From assembly GCA_963818475.1 (NCBI GenBank), contig CAWFSF010000006.1:1440001-1504000 (forward strand): a stretch of 64,000 bases of DNA, given 5' to 3'. Source of the stretch: Nitrospirota bacterium. GTDB taxonomy: Bacteria; Nitrospirota; UBA9217. Positions 1 to 9,800 of the stretch are shown in pieces. Made by a program: the position numbers and the translations under genes. Positions within the stretch are counted from its first letter, which is position 1. Every line of letters begins with the position of its first letter. Below the pieces are notes generated by a model. That model searched no databases. It saw nothing but the letters and a program-made list of their open reading frames with translations, and had not been told where the DNA came from.

Positions 1-186
1 TTCGAAACGACTTTTCCCCAGATCATATGATGGTGACTCCTTTAAAAGGGGCAAGGGGATCAGATTGCCGGAAGTGCAACCACCCTTACGCCTTCCCGTT
101 TTTTGTCCCTGACTCCTGAACCCTGCACTCAGAACCCTGCACCTTGGCTCCTGTTTTTTTTACTCTATCAGAATGCCGTGGAAATA

Positions 187-2637
187 TCAACCGACGCTTA
201 AGAGGCCCAGCTTGCCCTGCCACCTTCTCCAAAGCGAGTCGCGCAGCTGTGGATACTGCGTGAGCGCGGCGTCCTGTTGGATAAGCTCAAAAGCCTCGGT
301 CCGCGCCTTTTCCAGAAGGTCTGCATCGCGAATGATGTTCGCCGCGCGCAGGTCCGGCAGGCCTGACTGGCGCGTTCCCAGGAACTCGCCCGGCCCGCGC
401 AGACGAAGGTCCTCCTCGGCGATCTTGAAGCCGTCCGTGGTGCGCGCGAAAGCGTTCAGCCGCTCCCGCGCTTCGTCGGCGAACATCCGGGGACCCATCA
501 GGATGCAGTAGGACTGGTGGCCGCCCCGGCCTACGCGGCCGCGGAGCTGGTGAAGCTGCGCCAGGCCGAAGCGCTCGGGATGCTCGATCACCATGACCGT
601 GGCGTTCGGCACGTCCACGCCGACCTCGATCACTGTGGTCGAAATAAGGATATGCGTTTCCTTCGCTTTAAAGGCGGCCATGGCGGCCTCCTTCTCGTCA
701 GCCCTCATCCTGCCGTGCAGAAGGCCCACGTTCCAGTTCGGGAAGATGTCCTTCTGGATATGCGCCGCCATTTCTGTCGCTGCCTTGAGGTCGCTTTTCT
801 CGGTCTCCTTGACCAACGGGTAGACCACATAGACCTGACGCCCCTTCTTGATTTCCTCATCAAGGAACTGATAGGCCTCCCTGCGCCGGGGTTCGAAATA
901 GATCCGGGTGACGATGGGGCTCCTGCCCGGCGGCATTTCGTCGATCACGGACACGTCGAGATCCCCGTAGACCGTCAGCGCCAGCGTTCGCGGGATCGGC
1001 GTAGCGGTCATGACGAGCACGTCGGGCTCATAGCCCTTCGACGTAAGCGTTGAGCGCTGCATCACGCCGAAGCGGTGCTGCTCGTCGATAATGGCAAGGC
1101 CTAGGTGTTTGAACTGCACGTTCTGTTCAATGAGCGCGTGCGTACCGACCACGATGTTGGCAACGCCGGACCCGATCTCGGCAAGTACCATTTCCTTCGC
1201 CTTTTTCCTGAGGCCGCCCACGAGATGGCGCACCGTGATGCCCAGCGGCAATGCCAGCGCCTCGATATTATTGTAATGCTGTGCTGCCAGGATCTCCGTG
1301 GGTGCCATGAGACAGGCCTGGTAACCGTTTTCCACAGCCATGAGCGAGGCGATCATGGCGACGATGGTCTTTCCGCAGCCTACATCGCCCTGTACCAGCC
1401 GGTTCATGGGCCGGTCCCCGGTCATATCATTCTTGATCTCGGCGATCACTCGTTCCTGGGCGTTCGTTAACCGATAGGGCAGCTTCGACCGGAGCGCAGT
1501 TTCGAGCCGGTCAACCGCTTTGAACGCGATACCCTTCTTGGCCGCGGCTATTCCCCGCTTCCTGAGCGCCAGCCCCAGTTCCAGCGTGAACAGCTCTTCA
1601 AAGCTCATCCTTCGATGAGCCGCGCTCTCGCCACGGTTCAGGATGGCTATATCCTTTTCCTGCTCGGGGAAGTGCACCTCGGAAATCGCCTCGGCAGCGG
1701 ACAGCAGCGAGTATTTTTTAACAATATGATCCGGCAGAATGTCGGGCATGGTGCTGCAGCAGGAATCGATGATGGTCTTCATCATGCTGCGCAGGTACCG
1801 CACGGACAGGCCGGAGGTCGTGCGGTAGATCGGGACCGTCCTTCCCGCATGGATCAGGCTGTCCGGTTCAGCGTCGTCCATGATCTCATAATCGGGATTG
1901 TCGATCTGCGGCAGGCCGCCCCGGTAGGGGTTGGATTTGACGATGCCGGAAAGGACCACCTTCTGCCCCGGTTTGAATGCTTTTTTCATGAAGGGCTGGT
2001 TGAACCAGGAGCCGACGAGCATGCCGCTCCTGTCAGTGACCAGGAGCTCGAAGACCTTCACCCACTTCCGTTTTGTCTCGACCACTTCCGCCGAGACCAC
2101 TTCTCCCATCACGGTCTCATAGGAGCCGATGCTGAGCCGGCTGATCTTCTTCAGGTTGCCGCGGTCTTCATAGCGCCAGGGGATGTAAAACAGCGCTTCT
2201 TCGATCGTATTGACGCCGAGCTTCTTGAGGAGCTCGGCGCGTTTGGGGCCGATGCCTTTGCAGAATTGGATGGGGGTGTCGAGCGCGACCGGCGCTGCGG
2301 CAGAATCCGCTGGATGCGAAGAGGAGGTCCTGGGACGGGTCTTTATGGCTGCCAGCGGGGCCGGAGCGATGCGCCCCGTTTCGAGTGCTGCGATCACCGC
2401 TGATGCGCTGATGATGCGGTTCTTCTTCTGGTCTGTCGGCAGCGTATCGAAGCCGGAGAACAGCGCTTCGAGCTGCTGAAGGTACGCAGGATCTGTTGAG
2501 CAGCGCCTCAATTTTTCTATTTGCACGCGCATGAAAGGCTCGAGCGCTGCAAGGCTCCGGACATGGGCAAAGTTGTCCCGCGCCGCAAATATCAGCGGTT
2601 TCCCTATTCTCTCAATGATGGCTTTTCTATCGTCCAT
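187..2637 (-). CDS. recG: ATP-dependent DNA helicase RecG with N-terminal extension
   Basis: 816 aa. Wedge domain (YIPWRYEDR), Walker A QGDVGCGKT, DEQH, TATPIPRT, QLHQLRGRVGRG and TRG motif DLRLRGPGE. Confidence 0.97.
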   Translation of the reverse strand: MDDRKAIIERIGKPLIFAARDNFAHVRSLAALEPFMRVQIEKLRRCSTDPAYLQQLEALFSGFDTLPTDQKKNRIISASAVIAALETGRIAPAPLAAIKTRPRTSSSHPADSAAAPVALDTPIQFCKGIGPKRAELLKKLGVNTIEEALFYIPWRYEDRGNLKKISRLSIGSYETVMGEVVSAEVVETKRKWVKVFELLVTDRSGMLVGSWFNQPFMKKAFKPGQKVVLSGIVKSNPYRGGLPQIDNPDYEIMDDAEPDSLIHAGRTVPIYRTTSGLSVRYLRSMMKTIIDSCCSTMPDILPDHIVKKYSLLSAAEAISEVHFPEQEKDIAILNRGESAAHRRMSFEELFTLELGLALRKRGIAAAKKGIAFKAVDRLETALRSKLPYRLTNAQERVIAEIKNDMTGDRPMNRLVQGDVGCGKTIVAMIASLMAVENGYQACLMAPTEILAAQHYNNIEALALPLGITVRHLVGGLRKKAKEMVLAEIGSGVANIVVGTHALIEQNVQFKHLGLAIIDEQHRFGVMQRSTLTSKGYEPDVLVMTATPIPRTLALTVYGDLDVSVIDEMPPGRSPIVTRIYFEPRRREAYQFLDEEIKKGRQVYVVYPLVKETEKSDLKAATEMAAHIQKDIFPNWNVGLLHGRMRADEKEAAMAAFKAKETHILISTTVIEVGVDVPNATVMVIEHPERFGLAQLHQLRGRVGRGGHQSYCILMGPRMFADEARERLNAFARTTDGFKIAEEDLRLRGPGEFLGTRQSGLPDLRAANIIRDADLLEKARTEAFELIQQDAALTQYPQLRDSLWRRWQGKLGLLSVG

Positions 2638-2793
2638 AGGTTATATTCAGGACAATACTAGAATATTTTAAAGTTTTTGTCGAGGAAAAGAGCACTCATC
2701 GGGTAAAACCCTTACCTTATTTTTCATCAGTCGTGGTTAGAAGTTAACAGGTTTTCCCACGTCCCCCTGACCTTTTTACTGCTGATTATTTCC

Positions 2794-2822
2794 TTGCAAA
2801 CACCTTGTTCTTATGGTAAGGT
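2794..2822 (+). promoter_or_regulatory. sigma70-type promoter of rpmB
   Basis: TTGCAA-17 bp-TAAGGT with TG extended -10. GGAGG RBS precedes the GTG at 2868. Confidence 0.5.
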
Positions 2823-2867
2823 AGCCATCTTTCGGGCAATCATTTTCACATATGGAGGAATATTCTC

Positions 2868-3062
2868 GTGGCAGGTAAATGCGAAATTTGCGGTAAAGGC
2901 AGGCTCAGCGGCAACAAAGTGAGCCACGCTAACAACAAAAGCAAGAAGGTCTCCAAGCCGAATGTGCAGACCGTCAAGGCAGTGGGTCCCCATGGCGGCA
3001 ATGTTCGCGTCCATGCATGCACGCGCTGCATCCGCTCCGGCAAGGTTAAGAAAGTCAGCTAA
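2868..3062 (+). CDS. rpmB: 50S ribosomal protein L28 (Zn-ribbon form)
   Basis: CEICGK..GNKVSHANNK..PNVQ..CTRCIRSGKV. Confidence 0.97.
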   Translation: MAGKCEICGKGRLSGNKVSHANNKSKKVSKPNVQTVKAVGPHGGNVRVHACTRCIRSGKVKKVS

Positions 3063-3086
3063 ACCAGTCCGATCCCAGCTACGCAT

Positions 3087-3123
3087 ATGCCCTCCCCCTT
3101 TAAGGCGGAGGGCATTGTTTTTT
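3087..3123 (+). terminator. Rho-independent terminator after rpmB
   Basis: ATGCCCTCC/GGAGGGCAT stem followed by a T tract. Confidence 0.75.
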
Positions 3124-3279
3124 GTTACGCCTTAACCTCTGCAGCAAGCAACTCCTCACAGCCGGCAATTCGGAAACCCGAAAACTCCGGTGTTTTTTCG
3201 GTTCCACACCCCTTCGCGATCACCGGGAAAACCTGTTTCAAAAAGGGACATCCTTTTGAAAACTGGATGTAAATCTAAC

Positions 3280-3337
3280 ATGTAAAATTGTAATTTTACA
3301 TTGACACCGTCGATTCCGGGGATTAAAGTGTCAATGT
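3280..3337 (+). promoter_or_regulatory. sigma70 promoter overlapped by two inverted repeats (operator candidates)
   Basis: TTGACA(3301)-17 bp-TAAAGT(3324). Palindrome ATGTAAAATT-GT-AATTTTACAT at 3280-3301 and IR ACATTGACAC...GTGTCAATGT at 3298-3337. Confidence 0.6.
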
Positions 3338-3457
3338 GAAACACAGTTTTATTCTTGCTGTGAAAAAGGGAAATCTCACGAGAAAGCGGGATCACTGACA
3401 CGCGTACAAATCACCTGGACACCTATCGTGCCCGGGATAATAAAGGGAGGAATCATT

Positions 3458-4471
3458 ATGAAGAAAAGTATCATAGTTTTGCTCGTTGTTCTCAGCATCT
3501 TCGGTCTTGTCGTGGCAGTACAGGCCGCAAACGAACTGAAGGGAACCATGTACGTTTCTGGCCATGGCGGACATCTCGCCATCATAGACCTGGCCACTCT
3601 GAAGGAACCCACTGACGTTGAAAAGGACCGTATCGTCATTACCGAAGCAGGCTCTGAGATGGAAGGCAAAATTGCCGGCATGGACTTTGCTGCGGTGAAG
3701 AAGTCCGGCGGTTCGCACGGCAGTTCGCTTATCGACAAGACGCTTTATGTCGGCCTGCTGAACGGCACCGTGGTAACGTACGATCTGAAAACCGGAAAAA
3801 AATCAGCGCCCATCGCTGTCGGCAAGAAATTCTGCGACGCAGTGGTCGGTCCTGACGGCAACATCTACCTTGAAGACATGGCCGACGGGCATGTCTATAT
3901 TTTCGATCCGAAAGGCTTGAAGACCGTGGACAAGCTGCCGGTCGGTGCTGCAGTATGCGGTATTGCCTGGACCAAGTCCCGCGACAAGGCTTATGTTTCC
4001 GACATGCCCCAGGGAAAGATCTTCGTCATCGACTGGAAAACGAAAAAGACGGTAAAAGAGATCACCGATCCCGAGTTGACCTTTATCCACCAGCTCCGCA
4101 TGACCAATGACGGCAAGCAGGTATGGGTTGCAGCCGCAAATGAATACGATCCAGGCCTCAAGCCCGGCACCCATAAGTCGCAGATCGTCGTGATCGACAC
4201 AAAGACCGACAAGGTCGTAGAGCACATCGTTCTTCCTGACACGCTCAGGGCCCATGACGTGAAGTTCTCTCCCGATGGAAAAACAGCACTCGTCAGCGGT
4301 CGCGATTACGCGACCAAAGACGGCGCCATCGGAATCATGGACGTCAAGACCCGTAAGATCGTGAAAACCGTATCCATCTGCGCAGGCTGCCATAAGGCTG
4401 CCGGTGTTACGGTAACGATCGACGATGGCGCACCGCTCCTGTGCGGCATGGCTATTGACTGGAAGAAATAA
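3458..4471 (+). CDS. Secreted YVTN/YncE-type beta-propeller protein with C-terminal CxxCH motif
   Basis: Signal peptide MKKSIIVLL..VQA after a GGAGG RBS. Repeated blade motifs (SPDGK..V..ID..T.KVV) and CAGCH. Confidence 0.8.
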   Translation: MKKSIIVLLVVLSIFGLVVAVQAANELKGTMYVSGHGGHLAIIDLATLKEPTDVEKDRIVITEAGSEMEGKIAGMDFAAVKKSGGSHGSSLIDKTLYVGLLNGTVVTYDLKTGKKSAPIAVGKKFCDAVVGPDGNIYLEDMADGHVYIFDPKGLKTVDKLPVGAAVCGIAWTKSRDKAYVSDMPQGKIFVIDWKTKKTVKEITDPELTFIHQLRMTNDGKQVWVAAANEYDPGLKPGTHKSQIVVIDTKTDKVVEHIVLPDTLRAHDVKFSPDGKTALVSGRDYATKDGAIGIMDVKTRKIVKTVSICAGCHKAAGVTVTIDDGAPLLCGMAIDWKK

Positions 4472-4502
4472 ATCGTATACTATGCCGCACGTAGGTTAAC
4501 GC

Positions 4503-4537
4503 CGGAGGGCGGGGAATAACCCGCTCTCCGTTTTTTT
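4503..4537 (+). terminator. Hairpin plus T tract after the propeller gene
   Basis: CGGAGGGCGGG-loop-CCCGCTCTCCG-TTTTTTT. Confidence 0.65.
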
Positions 4538-4588
4538 ATTTTTTTCACTGCTGCCTATTTCATCTCCGAAGGAAAACCGCGCATCGTT

Positions 4589-5784
4589 ATGAATATCCCC
4601 TATGTAGCGCTTAAGAACCTGAAACGGAAGATCACGCGGACCTGGCTGCTCTTTGCTATCGTAGCTGTTGTTTCGGGTACGCTCTTCACGGCCACCCTTT
4701 TTTTAAAGAGTATTAACAACGCGCTGAAGCTCGGCACCTATCGCCTCGGCGCCGATATCCTGGTTGTGCCGGCAAGCGCCGAGACCAGGGCCAAGGCAGC
4801 GCTCCTGTCCGGAGAGCCGACGCAATTTCTTATGAACAGATCGGTGCTCGATCAGGTGCGAAAGATCGAAGGGGTCAAGGCCGCCACGCCGCAGCTCTTT
4901 CTTAAACCAAGCAGCTTCTCCTGCTGCTTTAACGTGGAAATTTTTCTCGTTGCCTTCGACCCCGAGACCGACTTTACCGTAAAACCCTGGCTCGAAAAAC
5001 ACCTGAACAGGCCCCTGGGCCCCAACGAAATCATTACCGGCCGTGAGATCCCGGTCATCGCCGGCGACAATATCCCCTTCTTCGGCACAACGTTTAGCGT
5101 GGTGGGAACCATGGAACCCACGGGGATGGACTTCTTCGACCGCACGGGTTTCATGAGCCTTGATGGCGCCTACAAAATGGCAGAAGATTCAAAATTAAAA
5201 GCACTCCAACCGCTCGATATCAGCCGAGACCAGGTTTCCACCGTCCTGGTACAGGTCACCGAAGACTTCAGCCCCGACCGCGTCGCCATCGGATCGAACA
5301 TGACATACCCGACGTCAAGGCACTGACCTCCGACACCGTCATCAGCACCGTAAGAAAACAGCTTTCGGGCCTGATCCGCGCCATTGTCATTATCAGTGTC
5401 ATACTCTGGTTCATCGTCCTTTTGATCATGGCCTTTGCGTTCTATATGATCGTCAACGAACGCCGACGCGAGATCGGCCTGCTGCGCGCCATGGGAGCGA
5501 ATCGTGGCCATATTGCTGCGATCGTTCTGACCGAAGCGTCGCTGCTATCAGCCGCAGGCGGGGCCGTGGGCGTTCTGCTTGGGTTCGGCCTGCTGATGAG
5601 CATCAAAAGTCTGCTCCTCCATTACCTGAAGCTTCCCTATCTGTTCCCTTCATCGCCTGAGTTGATCGTTCTGACCGCGGGAGCGATATCCCTTTCCATC
5701 CTGACCGGCCTGCTCTCGGCGTTTTTGCCGGCCGTCGCCATCATCAGGACCGAGCCCTACGAGGCCATAAGGAGCGCAGAATGA
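4589..5784 (+). CDS. MacB/LolE/FtsX-family ABC permease (frameshift near 5290)
   Basis: ALKNLKRKITRT..LGADILVVP N-terminus and VNERRREIGLLRAMGA C-terminus across ORFs 4589-5326 and 5422-5784. SFSCCF in the periplasmic part. Confidence 0.85.
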
Positions 5785-6377
5785 GATCTATTCTTACCAT
5801 TATTCTGCTGCTGACCCCAGTCATGTTCTCCTGTTCCCGGGATGCCGCCAAACCGGCAGCGCCGGTTGCTGAGCAGAAGAACGACATCCAGCTCTTGCGG
5901 GAACAGATTCAGAACAACCCGCAGGACGCCGAGGCGTTGTATCAACTCTCCGAGCTCTATGATCGTGCAGGCTTGTTCCAGGAAGAGATCGACACCCTGC
6001 GCAAGGTAGTTGCCATAAAGCCGGACATGGGATATGCCTATTTCAAGCTGGGGACTGCCTGCAACAGGATCGAACAGTACCAGGAGGCGGTGGCAAACTT
6101 CACCAAAGCGACGAAGTTGATCCCCAACCAGCCCATGGTATACAACAACCTTGCCTTCTCCTATGGAAAACTCGGTAAAACGGACCAGGAGATCGCAACC
6201 CTGAAAAAAGCGCTTGCCATACGGCCGGGCTATAACATCGCCCGCTTCAACCTCGGTATGGCTTACCTTAGATCAGGACAGCAAAAGGAAGCGCTGCAGC
6301 AGTATACGGTCCTCAAGGAACGGGACGAGGGGTATGCAGCTGCGTTAAAAAAAGAGATCGATTCCAAAAGGAGATAA
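5781..6377 (+). CDS. TPR-repeat lipoprotein
   Basis: Lipobox-like MFSC. TPR consensus (AYFKLG, VYNNLA, ARFNLG). Confidence 0.8.
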   Translation: MRSILTIILLLTPVMFSCSRDAAKPAAPVAEQKNDIQLLREQIQNNPQDAEALYQLSELYDRAGLFQEEIDTLRKVVAIKPDMGYAYFKLGTACNRIEQYQEAVANFTKATKLIPNQPMVYNNLAFSYGKLGKTDQEIATLKKALAIRPGYNIARFNLGMAYLRSGQQKEALQQYTVLKERDEGYAAALKKEIDSKRR

Positions 6378-6785
6378 TTGATGCAACGGTTGATGAAAAT
6401 GTTTTTCCCGGCGTTTTCAATAGTACTTTTCTGTTCCCTTTCCGCATCTGCAGAGATGATACAATGCGCTCAGTGCGGCATGGGGGTGGACCTCGACTCA
6501 AAGTTCACGTCCAGGATCGTTCAGCCAAAGCAGACCCGGCATTTCTGCGATATCGGCGACCTCTTCGCCTATCTGAAAACAAACCCTTCTGCCGCTGCCG
6601 AGGCACAGGTCAGGGATTATCGGTCCGGAGAGTGGGTCAACGCCCAGCAAGCCTACTATGTAAATTCTGCAAAGAAGTTTCAGACACCCATGGGCTGGGG
6701 CATCGCAGCATTTAAGAACAAACCGGAGACCGCTGAATTCGGAAACGCGCTGAATTTCAATGATATGACGAAAAGCCTGAAATAA
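6378..6785 (+). CDS. nosL: NosL-family copper chaperone-like protein
   Basis: CAQCGM, FCDIGDL, A..AYYV and TPMGWGIAAF motifs. Signal peptide. Confidence 0.85.
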   Translation: MMQRLMKMFFPAFSIVLFCSLSASAEMIQCAQCGMGVDLDSKFTSRIVQPKQTRHFCDIGDLFAYLKTNPSAAAEAQVRDYRSGEWVNAQQAYYVNSAKKFQTPMGWGIAAFKNKPETAEFGNALNFNDMTKSLK

Positions 6786-6818
6786 GACCCTCCCGGGCGT
6801 GTGCAAGAAAGGAATGTC

Positions 6819-7482
6819 ATGATCGAGCTGAAAGACCTGTCAAAAACTTATAGGGTATCAGACCGGACCGTCAATGCGGTCCTGCCGGTCACATTGTCCA
6901 TCAACCAGGGAGACTTTGTGTCCATTGTCGGACACTCCGGGAGCGGCAAAAGCACGCTGCTCAGCCTGATCGGCGGAATAGCGAAACCCGACAAAGGGAC
7001 CGTGGTCATAGACGGCACCAATATCCGGGACTATGACGACCGGAAGCTTTCAAAATTAAGAAATGACAAGTTCGGGTTCGTCTATCAGTTTGCCAGCCTC
7101 ATCCCCACGCTCACGGCCAGGGAGAACGTCCTGCTGCCGACCGTTTTCGGTCAGACAAAAAAACGATACCGATGCAGTTCAATTGCTTCACCAGGTCGGT
7201 CTGGGCGACAAGATCGACCGCTACCCCTCCGAGCTTAGCGGCGGCGAACAACAGCGCGTGGCCATAGCACGCGCCTTTATTAACTCGCCCGAGGTCATCC
7301 TTGCCGACGAGCCGACCGGCGACCTCGATGAAGAGACCGAGGCGGAGATTATGGCGTTCTTCGAAAAGATCAATAAAGAAAAAAAAGTCACCATGATCAT
7401 GGTGACCCACAGTTCAGAGCTTGCGCTCCGGGCCGCCAGCCGGTTCAGGATGAAGCAGGGAACGCTGGAAAAGTTGAATTAG
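6819..7482 (+). CDS. LolD/MacB-type ABC transporter ATP-binding protein (frameshift near 7165)
   Basis: GHSGSGKST, LSGGEQQRVAIARA, LADEPTGDLD, VTH. Confidence 0.88.
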
Positions 7483-7502
7483 CGGCACATCATGGACTAA
7501 TT

Positions 7503-7532
7503 AAAAAAGCGGCCATATCAGGCCGTTTTTTT
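7503..7532. terminator. Bidirectional terminator
   Basis: AAAAAAGCGGCC-loop-GGCCGTTTTTTT between convergent operons. Confidence 0.65.
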
Positions 7533-7563
7533 GTTTGCAGGACCATCTGATAAAACCGGTAAA

Positions 7564-7727
7564 CCTAAAAACGGTATTTGGACACGGAAGAATCGGAAAC
7601 ATCTGATTAACGCGGACAAATTCTGAAGCAAAGCATTCACCTATTGGGTGAACCTCTTGTAAAAGAAATAATCCGCCGTTATCCGGCTCTTATCCGTGTT
7701 AATCCGTGTCCAAATGCTTTTTTGAGG
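7564..7727. mobile_element. 164-bp MITE, copy 1 (CCT...AGG ends)
   Basis: Near-identical to 40731-40894. TIR cores TTTGGACACGGA/TCCGTGTCCAAA. TAAA on both flanks. Confidence 0.75.
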
Positions 7728-7799
7728 TAAAGTGGTTAGTCCGTTTTTTTTAAGTCAATGGCTGGCAGAGACCGGGTGCAAACATGACCGACCGTAAAT

Positions 7800-7831
7800 A
7801 AAAAGACGGCGGCCATTGTTTGGCCGCCGTC
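7800..7831 (-). terminator. Terminator of the cytochrome operon
   Basis: GACGGCGGCCA-loop-TGGCCGCCGTC with an adjacent A tract. Confidence 0.65.
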
Positions 7832-7875
7832 CTGATGTGCATCGGATGCAGAATGAACCCTGAAACTACTTCTTT

Positions 7876-8577
7876 TTACCTGACTTTGTCTCCAAAGAGA
7901 TGATCATACTCAGCCGGATGATGGTGCTTCAGCTGGTCAATGGACATCTTCCCGGTGAGCCACATCCAGTTCATCGGGAACACCTCAGACCTCAGGTGCT
8001 CGTTATAGAAGTGGAAGATCAGGATGAACACGATCGCAAGCAGGGCTTCATCGCTGTGCATGGCAATGATCACGTCCCAGATCCACTGGATCGACCACAT
8101 CGGGAAGAGCGACGATACCGTCACCGGGAACGCCAGGAAGAACCCCGACGCGCCGATGATGAACATGCCCCAGTACACCGCCCAGTAGTCGAACTTCTGC
8201 ATGTAGTTGAACTTGCCGAAGTAGGGCTTCTCTTTCCTCAGCCCGAAGAAGTACATGAAGTTGTGGAACGCGTCAACAACGTCCTTGGGCATCGGAATGA
8301 GCGTGGGCCTCATGCCTCCCTTGCGGAACTGGTTGATGAGGTAGAACTGGTGGTAGATGAAGTCGAGCAGCATGGTGATGCCCGCCACGCGGTGTATGAG
8401 CCCCGCCATCTTTGCGCCGCCCCAGAAGCTGATCCAGGCGCTGGCAGGGTCCTGATAGGCATACTTGAGCCCCCAGCCGGTGAAGGACAGGAGCAGGAAC
8501 GTGGTGAACATGATGACATGCTGGATGCGTGCGGAGAGGTCGAACCTCTCGATCTCAGTCGGAACAGTCTTATTCAT
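7876..8577 (-). CDS. Cytochrome b subunit (FdnI / Ni-Fe hydrogenase b-type family)
   Basis: RIQH, IHR..G, KFNYMQKFDYW and MHSDEA..H motifs. Four TM segments. Confidence 0.85.
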   Translation of the reverse strand: MNKTVPTEIERFDLSARIQHVIMFTTFLLLSFTGWGLKYAYQDPASAWISFWGGAKMAGLIHRVAGITMLLDFIYHQFYLINQFRKGGMRPTLIPMPKDVVDAFHNFMYFFGLRKEKPYFGKFNYMQKFDYWAVYWGMFIIGASGFFLAFPVTVSSLFPMWSIQWIWDVIIAMHSDEALLAIVFILIFHFYNEHLRSEVFPMNWMWLTGKMSIDQLKHHHPAEYDHLFGDKVR

Positions 8578-9472
8578 GATCGTCCCTCTTTCTGAACAAA
8601 CGTTCGCGGATGTCGGCGAAGATATCCAGAAGCACATGGATGCAGATGAACATGAAGACGCTCACGGTGAGAACGATAAGGCCGATCTCGGTCCAGTGGG
8701 CAATGGGATGCATCGGTTTGTGCGTGATGGCTGCCACGAATTTTTCGGTTGCACCCGGGTGGCACTTGGCGCAGGTCTTGATCTTATTCGCTCCGTTCAC
8801 CGGCGAGGACGGGTCCTTAGCGCTCTTCACATCATGCGCGCCGTGGCAATCCGAGCACGCAGGAGCGTTGCGGTGGCCTACTTTGAGCTTTCTGCCGTGG
8901 AAGCTTTCCTTGTAGCGCTCCATGACATGCGGGCTGAAACCGTACTTCTCGGTCATGCTCTTTTCTTCATGGCACTTGCCGCAGGTTTCGACAATATTAA
9001 AATGATTGACCGCCGATTCCCTGCTGGTCTTTGACTGGATATAATGCGGCGACCCGTGGCAGTCCGTACACACCGGGCCGTCTGAGGATTTTTTTACGAT
9101 GACATTCTGGCCATGGACGCTTGTTTTGTACGCCTGGTAGGTATCGGCATGACAGTTCACGCAGGCGGCCTGCGCGACCGCATTGGACCTGCTCTTCGGG
9201 GAAATGGCTGCGGCAAGTTCCACCACGGTTTTGTCCGGCTTGGCTCCCGACAATCCCTGATGCTGTGCACCTTGCAGCGTCAGGTGGCACATGGTACAGT
9301 CATTCATCCCGCCGTGGACCGATTTGGAGAATTTTTCCTGATCTACTTTTACAGCGCCTTCCATGGACCCGTGACAGCCCAGACACGTTGCAGCATCAGC
9401 TGCCGCGTGTGCCGACGGGGCCAGAAGAAGGGTAAACAAGAACAACGATACTGCGTTCAACCAGTTCCTCAT
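8570..9472 (-). CDS. Heptaheme c-type cytochrome with C-terminal membrane anchor
   Basis: Signal peptide and seven CxxCH motifs (CLGCH, CTMCH, CVNCH, CTDCH, CGKCH, CSDCH, CAKCH). C-terminal TM helix. Overlaps the cytochrome b start. Confidence 0.9.
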   Translation of the reverse strand: MRNWLNAVSLFLFTLLLAPSAHAAADAATCLGCHGSMEGAVKVDQEKFSKSVHGGMNDCTMCHLTLQGAQHQGLSGAKPDKTVVELAAAISPKSRSNAVAQAACVNCHADTYQAYKTSVHGQNVIVKKSSDGPVCTDCHGSPHYIQSKTSRESAVNHFNIVETCGKCHEEKSMTEKYGFSPHVMERYKESFHGRKLKVGHRNAPACSDCHGAHDVKSAKDPSSPVNGANKIKTCAKCHPGATEKFVAAITHKPMHPIAHWTEIGLIVLTVSVFMFICIHVLLDIFADIRERLFRKRDDHE

Positions 9473-9680
9473 ACGTTCTCCTTTCGAGTAATATCGGACA
9501 TCATAAAGACCGTGAGCGTTATGTGCTGTGGTTTTTAAATGCTGCCGCTTCAGGGCACATGCTGTGCATTATAGCAGACATTGGTGCGATTCAGATGAAA
9601 GAGTGCGGAACGCGATGGACCGGCACCGATCCGTACCCATGAATATCGTCATGATTAATGATTTATTTGCGGTTATTGTG

Positions 9681-9697
9681 TGCACGTATCATGCCAA
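9681..9697 (-). promoter_or_regulatory. Putative sigma54 -24/-12 promoter of the cytochrome operon
   Basis: Minus strand TTGGCATGATACGTGCA has the GG-N10-GC spacing. AT-rich upstream region. Confidence 0.5.
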
Positions 9698-9800
9698 TGA
9701 TAACCATTTGATATTTCAATGATCTGAACCATATGATCATTTGCATGAATGAGAATACAGTAGACCTTCAGTAACAAACGTGCGAAAATGACACCGCGTT

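Noticed and set aside
1-186. Riboswitch or RNA gene downstream of recG
   Set aside because: No recognisable aptamer consensus. Only short repeats and the likely start of a minus-strand gene (ATG at 26) running off the window.
3458-4471. Calling the propeller NirS, NirF or NosZ
   Set aside because: It is too short, lacks an N-terminal cytochrome c domain and a CuA domain, and has no nir or nos catalytic genes beside it.
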